Shown here: positions 9,922 through 20,454 of the stretch, one piece after another
Layout: each line of letters starts with the position of its first letter
Position numbering within the stretch: the stretch's first letter is position 1
Assembly (NCBI GenBank): GCA_964486045.1
Contig: CAZALK010000001.1
Span: forward strand, 904,242 to 968,241
Direction of reading: 5' to 3'
Source: an uncultured archaeon
GTDB taxonomy: Archaea; Asgardarchaeota; Lokiarchaeia; Sigyniarchaeales; SOKP01
DNA: 64,000 bases
Translations under genes and position numbers: made by a program
The notes under the pieces: generated by a model
What the model was told of the DNA's origin: nothing
Database searches by the model: none
What the model saw: the letters and a program-made list of their open reading frames with translations, nothing else

Positions 9922-10929
9922 TCAAATATCTAATTTTATAGATGAATTTTCTATTATTCGGTCTATTAATTTCCTACTCCCGTCACTTTTTATAAGTTTT
10001 TGGGCAGTAATAACCATTTTTTTCCTTAATTCTTTTTTCTTTAATCTAGAAATTAGTTCCCTAATTTTTTCACATAAATTTTTATCATCCCACCAACCCG
10101 CAAAATAGTTTAAACCTGACTTAGAAAAAGCTTTTACATTATTTAGTTGATTATCTGCAACTACAATACTTATGGCGGGAACACCAACAATCGCCAATTC
10201 ATAAAGAGTTGTACCTCCAGCAGTTATAGCTAAATCAGATCCCAACATAACTTTCTTCATATCCTTTGCAGTAGGAAAATAAATTATTTCACAATTTTTA
10301 TCTATTTTAGCTTCGATTTTTTCAACATTCTTGAAACTCTTCCCTATTATTATTTTTTTTTCTAAATTAGGAAAGTAAGTATTAAGCATTTCTAAAATTG
10401 GTGGGGTTAAGTTTTTCATATCAGATCCACCAAGTGTGATTAGTACCGTTTTAATGTCCTCATTTATTTTTTTTTTCTGATAAGTCCAAAATTCGTTTCT
10501 CACCAAGCAGTATTCTGGTCCTAGTAAATATCTAATATTTTCTTCATTTGGATAATTCAATCTTTTAGCGTACATTGAATAGTTTACAACGAATCCCGGC
10601 GGATATTTCAGTCTATTATTATCATCAATAAACACTGGTTTTTTAACAACTTCAGATATCCTATTATATATTGAGAGGGGTGCTAAGTATGAATCGATAA
10701 TCGCTATTTCAGCTCCATCGATTAAATTGAAAAGTTGATTATTATCAATCAACCAATTAAAAAAGTACTTTCTCTGTACATTTAAAGTATTCTTAACAAT
10801 CTCATCCCCATTCACGATAAAATAAGGAATTATCTCTCTTTCTTCAAATGCCTGATAAAGTGATGTACAGCGAGTTGTATGTCCATAACCGACATTAAAA
10901 TTGCCTTCAGTAATTATACACACTTTCAT
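9922..10929 (-). CDS. pseG: UDP-2,4-diacetamido-2,4,6-trideoxy-hexose hydrolase (PseG/SpsG)
   Basis: GYGHTTRC, IIDSY, ITLGGSD, AGGTTLYE, VADNQ. Confidence 0.85.
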   Translation of the reverse strand: MKVCIITEGNFNVGYGHTTRCTSLYQAFEEREIIPYFIVNGDEIVKNTLNVQRKYFFNWLIDNNQLFNLIDGAEIAIIDSYLAPLSIYNRISEVVKKPVFIDDNNRLKYPPGFVVNYSMYAKRLNYPNEENIRYLLGPEYCLVRNEFWTYQKKKINEDIKTVLITLGGSDMKNLTPPILEMLNTYFPNLEKKIIIGKSFKNVEKIEAKIDKNCEIIYFPTAKDMKKVMLGSDLAITAGGTTLYELAIVGVPAISIVVADNQLNNVKAFSKSGLNYFAGWWDDKNLCEKIRELISRLKKKELRKKMVITAQKLIKSDGSRKLIDRIIENSSIKLDI

Positions 10930-10972
10930 GATTCTATTTTTCAGCTTCTTTGTCTTAATAAGATTTTTTAGA

Positions 10973-12016
10973 TTAAATCAAGTCCCATGTAATTATTTCA
11001 TCTTCATCAATATCTTTTTTGGCTGTTCTTTTTAGGACAATATCTAAAAATTTTGGTTTTATCCCAAAACCAGGTCGCTTTATCATGAGGTCTTCCGGTT
11101 CAATAATTTTACCTTTAGGGATTTTTCTTTTGGCAATGATACTCCTTCTTGCGAGTTTATATAAATTCTTTTCAGAATCGGCTATTTTTTTAACAGGGCT
11201 CCCCAAAACAATCTCGGTTTCTCTAATAGTCTTTATCATTCGCTTTAATTCTTTAGGCTCTAATGCAAATTTGTGATCTGGTCCCTCTAAAGATCTATTG
11301 ATCGTATAATGTTTCTCAATAATACATGCTCCAAGAGCTATACAAATAGAGGGGATATAAGTACTCATTGTATGATCTGAAAAACCCACAGGTACTTGAA
11401 ACGCTTGAATTAAGGTTTTTATAACTCGTAAATTTAAATCTTCAATAGGGGGGGGATAATTAATAGCACAATGAAGTAAAGCAATGTCATTGTCTCCTTC
11501 CTCTCTTATTATGTTGATTGCATCTTCAATATCTCCCATACTTGCCATACCTGTAGATAGTATAATCGGTTTTTTTGTTGTTGCTATTTTTTTTAAGAAA
11601 TGTAAATCACTTATTTCAAATGAAGCAACTTTATAGGCAAGCACTTTTAATTCCTCTAATTCTTTTATAGCTTGGTAATCAAATGGAGTAGATAAAAAGA
11701 TTAAACCATGGGATCTTGAGTAATCCGCAAGTTCCCCTTGCCATTCTCTTGGAAGCTCAATGTCTTTGATTAATTGCCAAAGAGATTTTTGATTTATCTT
11801 CCCTTTAAGATAATCAGGAGTTATTGTTTTTTTTGAATACATAGTTTCTGCGGAATAAGTTTGAAACTTTACTGCATCTGCTTCTGCTTCGGCCGCAATT
11901 TCAATTAATTTTTTAGCTTGATTTAAATCACGATTATGGTTAGAACCCGCTTCAGCAATTATAAATGTAGGGTAATTTTTTCCAATTTTTCTTTTTCCAA
12001 TTGTAATTTTGTTCAA
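10973..12016 (-). CDS. pseI: nonulosonic acid synthase (NeuB/PseI/SpsE family) with C-terminal SAF domain
   Basis: IIAEAGSNHN, AVKFQT, STPFD, GFSDHT, IEKHYT, KRPGFG. Confidence 0.9.
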   Translation of the reverse strand: MNKITIGKRKIGKNYPTFIIAEAGSNHNRDLNQAKKLIEIAAEAEADAVKFQTYSAETMYSKKTITPDYLKGKINQKSLWQLIKDIELPREWQGELADYSRSHGLIFLSTPFDYQAIKELEELKVLAYKVASFEISDLHFLKKIATTKKPIILSTGMASMGDIEDAINIIREEGDNDIALLHCAINYPPPIEDLNLRVIKTLIQAFQVPVGFSDHTMSTYIPSICIALGACIIEKHYTINRSLEGPDHKFALEPKELKRMIKTIRETEIVLGSPVKKIADSEKNLYKLARRSIIAKRKIPKGKIIEPEDLMIKRPGFGIKPKFLDIVLKRTAKKDIDEDEIITWDLI

Positions 12017-12037
12017 TCCAATTTCACTCTTTGTTAA

Positions 12038-13357
12038 TTAAGTTAATCTTTGGAACCCATTATGGGCAGTAGGACCTTTCAACAAAGAATTTGCATTATT
12101 TCTATCAATAGCTTCCTTGATAATCCCAAAAACTTCATCTACAGCTTTAAGATACTCAGTAACAATACGTTTAGTATGAGAATAACTTACATATACGCTA
12201 GATGATGCGAGATAACCTTTCATGAGCATTTCTTGAGTGAATAGTGTTTTCAATTCTTGAGCGTTTTCATAATCAAAAGAAAAGGTTATTAATGCATTAG
12301 GAGGTAAAATTGAGATATCAAGATTGTGAGTTTTTGCTAGAGTTATCCAACCTTCTCCAATTAATCCTCCTAATTTATTTAAATGAGTTGGTACATTATG
12401 TTTATATATTTTGTTAATTGTCGCTATTGCTGCCGCAGGTCCAATTCGTTCTGTCCAATATGTACTACTAATGAAGCTTGTCTGTGCAGCATCCATAACA
12501 TCAGCTTTACCGATAACCGCAGCCATTGGATATCCGTTGCTCATAGCTTTAGCCACAACCATCAGATCTGGGTTGACTCCAAATAATAGATGTGAACCTC
12601 CAGTAGTTAATCTCCAACCTGCAGTAATTTCATCAAATATTAGTACTGCATTAATTTCGTCAGCAATTTTCCTCACTTTTTTAAGAAAATTTTTCTCAGG
12701 TTCTTGGTGCCTTATAGGTTCAACTACAATAACACCGATATCATTTTTTTCAACTATAGATTCTAATTTCTTTATATTATTATACTCAAAAGGTATTGCA
12801 GTATTTATTAAACTTCTTGGCACTCCATTAGGATCAAGCCCTTGTAAAAGATGTCCATCAAGATTTGCATTGTCAGCTAAATTGCTAGCTAAATACCAAT
12901 CATGCCAACCATGATATCCACAAAATGCGATCTTATCTTTCTTAGTGAATGCTCGTGCTATTCTGACTGCAACCGTCATAATTTCTCCCCCTGTTCTTGC
13001 ATAACGCACCGAATCCGCCCATGGATGTAATTTTAATAGTAATTCAGCAAGCTCAACATCTTCTGGACTATTCAATGTAGTCATTGAGCCATTTTCAATA
13101 ACTTCTTTAACGGCTTTGTCAACATCGTCATCAGCATATCCTAGAATACATGTGCCTACTCCCATAATTGTCATGTCATAATAATGGTTATCGTCTAAGT
13201 CCCAAATTTCTACTCCTTTTGCTCGTTTATAAAAAGAAGGCCACTGATCCGGAAGGAACATCTCAGAACGCTTGCTTAAGAGTTGGGATCCTCCCGGTAT
13301 TAATTTTTTAGCCTTTTTCCACAGCTTAATGCCTTTTTCACTATTCATTATTTTCAC
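12038..13357 (-). CDS. class III PLP aminotransferase (GSA-aminomutase-like, glycan-cluster type)
   Basis: IPGGSQLLSKR, GYHGWHDW, IFDEITAGWR, AKAMSNG; probable start ATG 13348. Confidence 0.85.
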   Translation of the reverse strand: MKIMNSEKGIKLWKKAKKLIPGGSQLLSKRSEMFLPDQWPSFYKRAKGVEIWDLDDNHYYDMTIMGVGTCILGYADDDVDKAVKEVIENGSMTTLNSPEDVELAELLLKLHPWADSVRYARTGGEIMTVAVRIARAFTKKDKIAFCGYHGWHDWYLASNLADNANLDGHLLQGLDPNGVPRSLINTAIPFEYNNIKKLESIVEKNDIGVIVVEPIRHQEPEKNFLKKVRKIADEINAVLIFDEITAGWRLTTGGSHLLFGVNPDLMVVAKAMSNGYPMAAVIGKADVMDAAQTSFISSTYWTERIGPAAAIATINKIYKHNVPTHLNKLGGLIGEGWITLAKTHNLDISILPPNALITFSFDYENAQELKTLFTQEMLMKGYLASSSVYVSYSHTKRIVTEYLKAVDEVFGIIKEAIDRNNANSLLKGPTAHNGFQRLT

Positions 13358-13418
13358 ATCTAATTTCTAAATTCGTAAGATTTTACTCAATAAGCCACAC
13401 TTTGTTTATTTTTCTACT

Positions 13419-14171
13419 TTAAATAAGTTTTTCGTACATATCACGATTATATTTAGAATTTAATTCCTTTAATTCAGGATTTTTTTTAATAAAATCTATA
13501 ACATCATTCATTTTAAAATTGTTCCACCGTTTGTGAAAATTCTCAATTATTTTAGAAATTAATTCAAAATCTTCTTGCGTGTCGACAGTTAGACGATAAT
13601 CATTGTAATCTGATTTATTTGTAAAATTAAAAGTAGAAAATTTTCCTTGTTTATTCCGAATATCCTCCCGAATACATAAAGTAACATGCTCTCTTACTTC
13701 AATTCTTTTTTCTTCTTTAAAAACCCTTTCTAATGCTTCAAATGAGAAGATTTCTACATCAAATCCATCAGGATAAGTGGGAGGTTCTACGTTAGAAACA
13801 TAATCATAATTACCACTTAAGAAGATTTCTAATCCATTATCAATTATTGCAGGATCCATAAGAGGGCAGTCACTGGTAATCCTTACTATTATATCACCCT
13901 TATATATTTTAGCAGCTTGATAGTACCTATCAAGCACATCATCTTCACTTCCTGCAAAAAAGTCTATTTTTAAACTTTTAGCAAATTGTCTAATCGGTAT
14001 ATTATCATCTGTGATCGCTGTCGCAATAATTATTTTAGAGGGGGTCTTTACCAATTCTAACCTTTTAATAACGTACCATAATAATGGTTTACCTAAAATT
14101 CTCCGAAGAACCTTCCCTGGAAGCCGAGTAGACCCATACCTTGCTTGACAAATAATTAATATATTCTTCAT
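13419..14171 (-). CDS. spsF: SpsF-type cytidylyltransferase (CMP-nonulosonate synthetase)
   Basis: QARYGSTRLPGKVL, GSEDDVLDRY, RITSDCP, REHVT, RLTVDTQED. Confidence 0.88.
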   Translation of the reverse strand: MKNILIICQARYGSTRLPGKVLRRILGKPLLWYVIKRLELVKTPSKIIIATAITDDNIPIRQFAKSLKIDFFAGSEDDVLDRYYQAAKIYKGDIIVRITSDCPLMDPAIIDNGLEIFLSGNYDYVSNVEPPTYPDGFDVEIFSFEALERVFKEEKRIEVREHVTLCIREDIRNKQGKFSTFNFTNKSDYNDYRLTVDTQEDFELISKIIENFHKRWNNFKMNDVIDFIKKNPELKELNSKYNRDMYEKLI

Positions 14172-14240
14172 ATTATTCTACAATATATTTATAATTTAAA
14201 TTTGAATTATTTAATTATTAGATCAATAATTTTTTCAAGT

Positions 14241-15161
14241 TTACTCTTTCCATAAAGATGGATTTATTATTTTCTCGGTTAAATCAGAAAATTCTTGAAC
14301 TATCTGCTTCCTTAATTCAAGATCTAATGGATTTTCCTTCAACATACTAATATTATTCGATATTTGATTAACATTCTCTACACCAATTATTAAACTATCT
14401 ATTTCAGGAATATCCCTAACAAATAAAAATGCTATTTTAGCGATATTAATATTGAACTCATTAGACAGGGAGTTTAGCTTCATTAACGGCTCTTTTGCTC
14501 TTTCCAAGTATTTGGGTAATTTTGCAGGTGAGATGAAAAAAAGACCTTGGAGATATATGCTTCTAGCTAAAATCGTGTAATTAAATGATTTCAATCTTTT
14601 CAATAATCCTGTTTTTATAAGACGATGGTCAAAAATATTTAAAGGAACCTGTACTACGTCGATTTCCTTAAAATTTAATGCGGTTTCAACTTCCCAAGGA
14701 TTATAAACTGAAATCCCTATTTTGTTTAATAAACCTTCATTTTTTAATTGTTTTAAACATTCTATGACTATACCATTATTAATTAAGATATCGGGAGCGT
14801 TATGCAATAGATAAATTGGCATTGATTCGATTTTTAAATCGTTAAGAGAATGAGTTAATTGTTTTCTAATCAATTCATAAAGATCATCAAATATTATCGA
14901 TTCATTTATTTCCAACGCTGGTAATTTTGAAATTATATTTAAGCTTTCAACTTTATTCTTCAGTACAGTTGATTTAAAATTACCAATAATCTTTTCACTA
15001 TTCCCATACGAAGGGGCAGTATCAAAAGAATTTATTCCATGATCCCACGAATAATTTAAAATCCTGATTGAAGTATTAAAACCTGGTTTACCATTTTTAT
15101 TTGCTATACCATAATCTAAACCTAACTGGGCTGTTCCAAGTGTAAGTTTTGAAATGACCAT
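14241..15161 (-). CDS. aldo/keto reductase
   Basis: LGTAQLGLDYG, FDTAPSYGNSE, ARSIYLQGL. Confidence 0.88.
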   Translation of the reverse strand: MVISKLTLGTAQLGLDYGIANKNGKPGFNTSIRILNYSWDHGINSFDTAPSYGNSEKIIGNFKSTVLKNKVESLNIISKLPALEINESIIFDDLYELIRKQLTHSLNDLKIESMPIYLLHNAPDILINNGIVIECLKQLKNEGLLNKIGISVYNPWEVETALNFKEIDVVQVPLNIFDHRLIKTGLLKRLKSFNYTILARSIYLQGLFFISPAKLPKYLERAKEPLMKLNSLSNEFNINIAKIAFLFVRDIPEIDSLIIGVENVNQISNNISMLKENPLDLELRKQIVQEFSDLTEKIINPSLWKE

Positions 15162-15507
15162 GTTAAATTTTTAATATTTTTGACAAATTATTGATAACAT
15201 TTCTAATTATTTAATAAGTATAATGATATTTTTAAAAACTTTTATTAAGTAAAATCTTTAGAACTCATATAAGGGGCAATTATTTTAAAATTAGTGCGTA
15301 ATAAATATTCCTATTTTAATTTAAGCATTAAGTTCAACTATTTGGAAATAAAGAACAAATTTCAATAGTGATATTTAGTCGAAATTGTCAATTTATTAGA
15401 ATGAAATTGAGGGAAAATATAAATTAATTCATGTAATTATTTGTTTTAAGACTTTATAAAACATCATAAATATATAAAACATTAGATTAAGGAAGTGAGA
15501 TTTCTTA

Positions 15508-16473
15508 ATGGCTGAGATTTTTTACCATAAAACACAAAATAATTTTTTCGATAATTTGGTTGTAGATATAAAGAAGATATATTCAAAGCATCCCATTAAT
15601 AAAAAATATTCACCAAAGATTAACAATGTAAATTACACGAAAAATATTCATTATAAACTATACCGTAGTTCTTTAATTCCTTTAAGATTACGGAGACTCT
15701 TTTGGAGATTCTTAAGGCAGATTAATATCGATTTAACTTGGTTTAATGAATTTGAGAAATACTGGGTGAATATTATTGGTGGTCGGCCTTTATGGAACAT
15801 ACAAGATCTATTTTTCTTAAAGAATCTCTACAGAGTTAAATTTCAAGAGAATCAAATCCCTGATACAGAAAATGCTGCTATACATTTAGAAGCATGGCAA
15901 CAACCCGCTTTAATATATCAATTACTTCACTTAGTATGTAAAGAATCTGTTATGAATGAATCTAAATTATTAAAGTTACTAAGAACTTATAAAAAAAAAA
16001 TGAACTCATTTCTTGAATTCGGTTGTGGTACAGCACCGATTACAACCTCTTTATTTGATTTTTTTCATCTGTCAAAGAGAATGAAAATTTATATTTCAGA
16101 TATTCAAACTCTTGCGTTTAATTATGCCGCGTATAAATTTAGAAATTGTTCGAATGTAATTCCTTTATTGTTAGTCCCAGATAACAAATTTATCTTAAAT
16201 TTAAGTAGTAATGTTGATGTTATCACATGTATTTCAGTATTTGAACATTTAAACAAGCCTTTAGATACAATTAAAACGTTCTATGAAACACTCAAACCTG
16301 AAGGTCTATTATTTTTTGACTATATTATATCTTCCGGTGAAGGCTTGGACACAATGCAATCTGTAAGACAGAGAGAAAGTGTTTTGGATTTTATCAAGGA
16401 AAATTTCAAACCTATTTATGGTAAAATTACTAAGGAAAAAAGTATGGGACTAACCATTATAAAAAAACTATAA
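15508..16473 (+). CDS. class I SAM-dependent methyltransferase with N-terminal extension
   Basis: FLEFGCG, SVFEHL, LKPEG. Confidence 0.8.
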   Translation: MAEIFYHKTQNNFFDNLVVDIKKIYSKHPINKKYSPKINNVNYTKNIHYKLYRSSLIPLRLRRLFWRFLRQINIDLTWFNEFEKYWVNIIGGRPLWNIQDLFFLKNLYRVKFQENQIPDTENAAIHLEAWQQPALIYQLLHLVCKESVMNESKLLKLLRTYKKKMNSFLEFGCGTAPITTSLFDFFHLSKRMKIYISDIQTLAFNYAAYKFRNCSNVIPLLLVPDNKFILNLSSNVDVITCISVFEHLNKPLDTIKTFYETLKPEGLLFFDYIISSGEGLDTMQSVRQRESVLDFIKENFKPIYGKITKEKSMGLTIIKKL

Positions 16474-16677
16474 TTTTGGTTTGAAACTAAATAATGATAA
16501 AGTAACTAAAAACATTTCCTGTGGAACAAATAATCTCCATAGAAACAAATTAGATCTCATCTAAGAATTTGAAAATAGATTCTATAAAATACTAAAATGA
16601 AATAAATCATATATTTAAAGTAAAATATAAGATTCAAAGCGTTTCAGAAATAATCTAAATATTTAATTCATTCAAAC

Positions 16678-18081
16678 TTAATTTTTTAATTTTTGATCAT
16701 TAAATCTATCAATAAATAACCCAACTAATTCATTAATCCGTTTTTTTGAGATGTTTGGTAAATTTATAACAGCATTTTCGTATACATCACCTTCTTCCGT
16801 AAAACCTTTTATAAACCCATTTTTTAAACATATATCATATAATTCTGTTCCCAAAAAGGGTGAAAAGTGATGAACAGCGATACTTTCGGGATTTAATTTG
16901 AGATTAAAATTAATTGATTCAATAATCTGCTCTTCTGTTTCAAAAGGAACCCCCACAATATAATTTGCTGTAGCTCTTATTCCGTATTTTTCAGCAACTC
17001 TAAATGCATTGAAAATTGACTCATCAGAAATGTACTTACACATAATTTTTTCTCTTATCTCTTTTGAACCACTTTCAACACCTATACTAATTGCAACACA
17101 ACCCATATTTTTCAATATTCTAGCAGTAGTATTAGTTATGGTTTTGGACTCTGACTGTATTGTAAAAGGGAGCTTGATTTCTTTCACCCATAATCTTTCA
17201 AACTCTTCTAAATCATTCTCATCCATTAATAAAAGAAAGTTGGTGTCCCCAAACGAAACCATATTAAACTCAAACATTTCTTTCATATATTTAATCTCAT
17301 CAATCATTCTTCTTATGGATTTTCTCCTTAGGTATGGTTTTGGATATCCTTGAGCTTTCCTTAAACTAGGTGCAACACAAAATGAACAATTATTTAGACA
17401 TCCTCTACTGAATTCAAATGAACCTCCTTTATATACATTTCCCACAAAAGGTTTCCACATATGTCTTTCATCAAATAGGGACCAATCTGGGTATGGTAAA
17501 TCATCTAATTCAACCAAAGGTCTTATGGGGTTTTTTATTACTTTCCCATCTTTTTTCAACCATAGATTTTTAATATCATATATATTTTCATTATTAACAA
17601 TTTTGTCTGCAAGGTCAACAATAGCCCCTTCTCCTTCACCAACACAAATTATATCAACAAAATGTAAATTAATAATCATATCTGGCACTATAGTGGGTAA
17701 TATCCCCCCAACTATTATTGGAACTAAAAAATTCTCTTTTATCTTTTTCATCAAATCTTTTGCAACGAAGAAATTTCTTTCAAGAAGTGAAATTGCAATT
17801 AAATCTGGTTTAAATTCATTAATTTTTTTAAGAAGCTCTTCCGTTATATTTTTTTCTTCTATTTCGCCAATGTAGTCATTTAGATTTGTTTCTTCAACAA
17901 GACCTTTTTTTTCCATTAACTCAGTATCTTTGTTATAATTAGGAGTCATGAAAGTTGTATCAAATAATTCAACAATATGCCCTGACCTTTTGAGACAAGA
18001 TGATAAAATCGTTATTGAAAGAGGAATTCTAAATTCTGATTCAAAATTTGGATATATAAACAATGTTCTCGCTTTATTCAT
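16678..18081 (-). CDS. B12-binding radical SAM protein
   Basis: N-terminal B12-binding domain (GGILPT, VGEGE), RGCLNNCSFC (CxxxCxxC), IGVESGS, IVGVPFET. Confidence 0.9.
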   Translation of the reverse strand: MNKARTLFIYPNFESEFRIPLSITILSSCLKRSGHIVELFDTTFMTPNYNKDTELMEKKGLVEETNLNDYIGEIEEKNITEELLKKINEFKPDLIAISLLERNFFVAKDLMKKIKENFLVPIIVGGILPTIVPDMIINLHFVDIICVGEGEGAIVDLADKIVNNENIYDIKNLWLKKDGKVIKNPIRPLVELDDLPYPDWSLFDERHMWKPFVGNVYKGGSFEFSRGCLNNCSFCVAPSLRKAQGYPKPYLRRKSIRRMIDEIKYMKEMFEFNMVSFGDTNFLLLMDENDLEEFERLWVKEIKLPFTIQSESKTITNTTARILKNMGCVAISIGVESGSKEIREKIMCKYISDESIFNAFRVAEKYGIRATANYIVGVPFETEEQIIESINFNLKLNPESIAVHHFSPFLGTELYDICLKNGFIKGFTEEGDVYENAVINLPNISKKRINELVGLFIDRFNDQKLKN

Positions 18082-18102
18082 GATATCTCCAATAAATTTT
18101 AC

Positions 18103-19140
18103 TTATATATTCTTATTATTTATTACTGCTTTTCTAAACCCACATCTTCTACAAATATCTAATTCTCTTGATTTTCCTTCTAAATGCAGTTTTCTTATTC
18201 TCTCTAGCTTTTCTCCTTTCCATATTGATTCAATATTTTGATCTCTTAAATTTCCCAATATATCTTTTTTATTATGATTACCACAACACATGACTACATC
18301 TCCATTATATAAAATAAAAAGCCTCTGCCACAAATATTGACAAGTAAAGTCACAATCATTTGAGAGAAAATCATATTCTAAAATAAATTCGCTTAATTTG
18401 TCAATAGCAACATTTTCTACTATATTTTCCCATCTTTTGACAAAAAATTTTAACTGTTCTTTATTGTTTCTCATATCAAAAACTTGAACAGAAACAATCG
18501 GTTTTAAAATAGCCTTTCTTCTCTTCAATAACATAAAATTTTGTATATTTTTAATTATTTTTGATGTTTTAATTATACCCCTTCTCAAATTTAACTTACC
18601 TTCTGAAAGTGGACCAAGGACACAAAATAATTTATCAAGGGATGAATTTAACAGATTCAAACTCATATCTCCTGATAACAATGATGAATTTGAGTTAAGC
18701 ATAACATCCAATATCCCGTGTTGTTTTGCATACCAAATAAACTCAATTATTTTTGGATGTAGAAGAGGTTCTCCTCTGTAATTTAGTTTGATAGACAATA
18801 ATCCTTTCTTCTCACCCTCTGTTATTATTCTCTTAAATAATTCAACATCAAAATTAATTTGTGGAAGTTTTCTATCATCGGGTAAATCATATGGACATTT
18901 TAATGTGCAGATTTTTTGTTGACAGTTTAAATTGCAATAGGTTGTTATCTCAAAGTCGAGATGTATAGGAAAATTGTCAACAATATGATCTCGTGGATAT
19001 TGTTCCCATTTTCTTCGGTATTCCTTATATTCTAGAGTTTCAGTTAAGGTTTTATAATGAGCTTTAGAGGGATATTCTCTATATGTATTGCTTTGAATTA
19101 ATCTCGTTTTTTCAGCTTTTATTAGCTTATTATGCACCAT
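18103..19140 (-). CDS. radical SAM/SPASM(twitch) protein with atypical Fe-S motif
   Basis: CNLNCQQKICTLKC in place of CxxxCxxC; RGEPLLHP; C-terminal C...GDVVMCC...C..C. Confidence 0.82.
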   Translation of the reverse strand: MVHNKLIKAEKTRLIQSNTYREYPSKAHYKTLTETLEYKEYRRKWEQYPRDHIVDNFPIHLDFEITTYCNLNCQQKICTLKCPYDLPDDRKLPQINFDVELFKRIITEGEKKGLLSIKLNYRGEPLLHPKIIEFIWYAKQHGILDVMLNSNSSLLSGDMSLNLLNSSLDKLFCVLGPLSEGKLNLRRGIIKTSKIIKNIQNFMLLKRRKAILKPIVSVQVFDMRNNKEQLKFFVKRWENIVENVAIDKLSEFILEYDFLSNDCDFTCQYLWQRLFILYNGDVVMCCGNHNKKDILGNLRDQNIESIWKGEKLERIRKLHLEGKSRELDICRRCGFRKAVINNKNI

Positions 19141-19403
19141 GTTTTTAGGATCAAAATATAAACCATATCATATGATTTGTTTTCTGCTGGAAAACCAATA
19201 AAAAAAGTAATAAAAAATTAATAAAAGTTGTTATTACAATTTACAAATTTTTTGTATTTGCTGATTTTGTTTAATCAGAGAATTTTTTTTCTCAAATAAA
19301 ATTAATCTTCATTCTTGTACCTTTTATTATTTGAATAAAATTCATTAAAAATTATGACATATTTTATAATATACTTACTCTAAAATCAAGAATGTAAACA
19401 ACT

Positions 19404-20435
19404 ATGCTAAATAATAAAAATATATTAATTACGGGAGGAACGGGCACAATTGGGCTAGGTTTGATTAAATTTTTATTAGACCATTATTCTCCGAAAGTAA
19501 TAAGAATTTTTAGTCGAGATGAAACAAAACAGGCTAAAATTTGGAATCTATTAGGAAAAAAATCTCAAGATAAATTAAGGTTTTTTATAGGCAATATTAG
19601 AGATAAACAAAGATTAACAATAGCATTAGAGGATGTAGAAGTAGTTTTTCATTTAGCAGCATTAAAACACGTTGCTGTTTGTGAATATAATCCATTTGAA
19701 GCAATTAAGACCAATGTTATAGGACTTCAGAATTTAATAGAAATTTGTATTGAAAAAAATGTTGAAACAGTAGTTTATACAAGTTCGGATAAAGCAGCTA
19801 CACCTTGTAATACTATGGGGGTTACAAAATTGCTAGGTGAAAAATTATTAACCACAGCTAATTATTATAAAGGAAGAAAAAGAACAAAATTTTACTCAGT
19901 AAGATTTGGAAATGTTTTAGGATCTAGGGGATCTCTTATTCCATTAATCAAAAATCAAATTAAAAACAATCACCCTATTACGTTAACAGATAATAAAATG
20001 ACTAGATATATTATGAGTTTGGATATGGCAATTAATTTACTCATTAAGACTTTACCCATTGCTCAGGGTGGAGAAGTTTTTGTTCTTAAAATGGATTCTA
20101 TTCAAATCATTGATCTCGTTGAAGTGTTAATAGAGAATTTTGCTGAAAAATATCAAAAAGAAAAAAGAAATATCGAAATTAAAGAAATTGGGATGTTTGA
20201 GGGAGAAAAATTATATGAAGAATTATTTTCCATCGAAGAATCTGAAAGGACTTATGAACTAGACGAGACATTTGTTATTATTCCTCAATTAACACCTGTG
20301 CATACGAAAATTGATTTAAAAAAATATAAAGAAATAAAGAAATTTGATTGTTCCCTCCCATTTAATTCTAGAGAAGGACCATTTCTTTCTCAAGGAGAAA
20401 TTAAAGAATTTCTGAAGAAATATAATATAATTTAA
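19404..20435 (+). CDS. UDP-GlcNAc 4,6-dehydratase family (PseB/Pen-like, Polysacc_synt_2)
   Basis: GGTGTIG, FSRDETKQ, HLAALKHV, SDKA, MGVTK, RFGNVLGSRGS, GEKLYEEL. Confidence 0.88.
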   Translation: MLNNKNILITGGTGTIGLGLIKFLLDHYSPKVIRIFSRDETKQAKIWNLLGKKSQDKLRFFIGNIRDKQRLTIALEDVEVVFHLAALKHVAVCEYNPFEAIKTNVIGLQNLIEICIEKNVETVVYTSSDKAATPCNTMGVTKLLGEKLLTTANYYKGRKRTKFYSVRFGNVLGSRGSLIPLIKNQIKNNHPITLTDNKMTRYIMSLDMAINLLIKTLPIAQGGEVFVLKMDSIQIIDLVEVLIENFAEKYQKEKRNIEIKEIGMFEGEKLYEELFSIEESERTYELDETFVIIPQLTPVHTKIDLKKYKEIKKFDCSLPFNSREGPFLSQGEIKEFLKKYNII

Positions 20436-20454
20436 ATAATTCTGGTGATTTGAA

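Noticed and set aside
12038-13357. hemL annotation
   Set aside because: Lacks the PGGVNSPVR motif and sits inside a nonulosonate operon
19182-19211. Minus-strand ITFFIGFPAE resembling a radical SAM beta-5 motif upstream of 19140
   Set aside because: Only ~10 codons in T-rich sequence and out of frame; could be a gene remnant but is not distinguishable from chance
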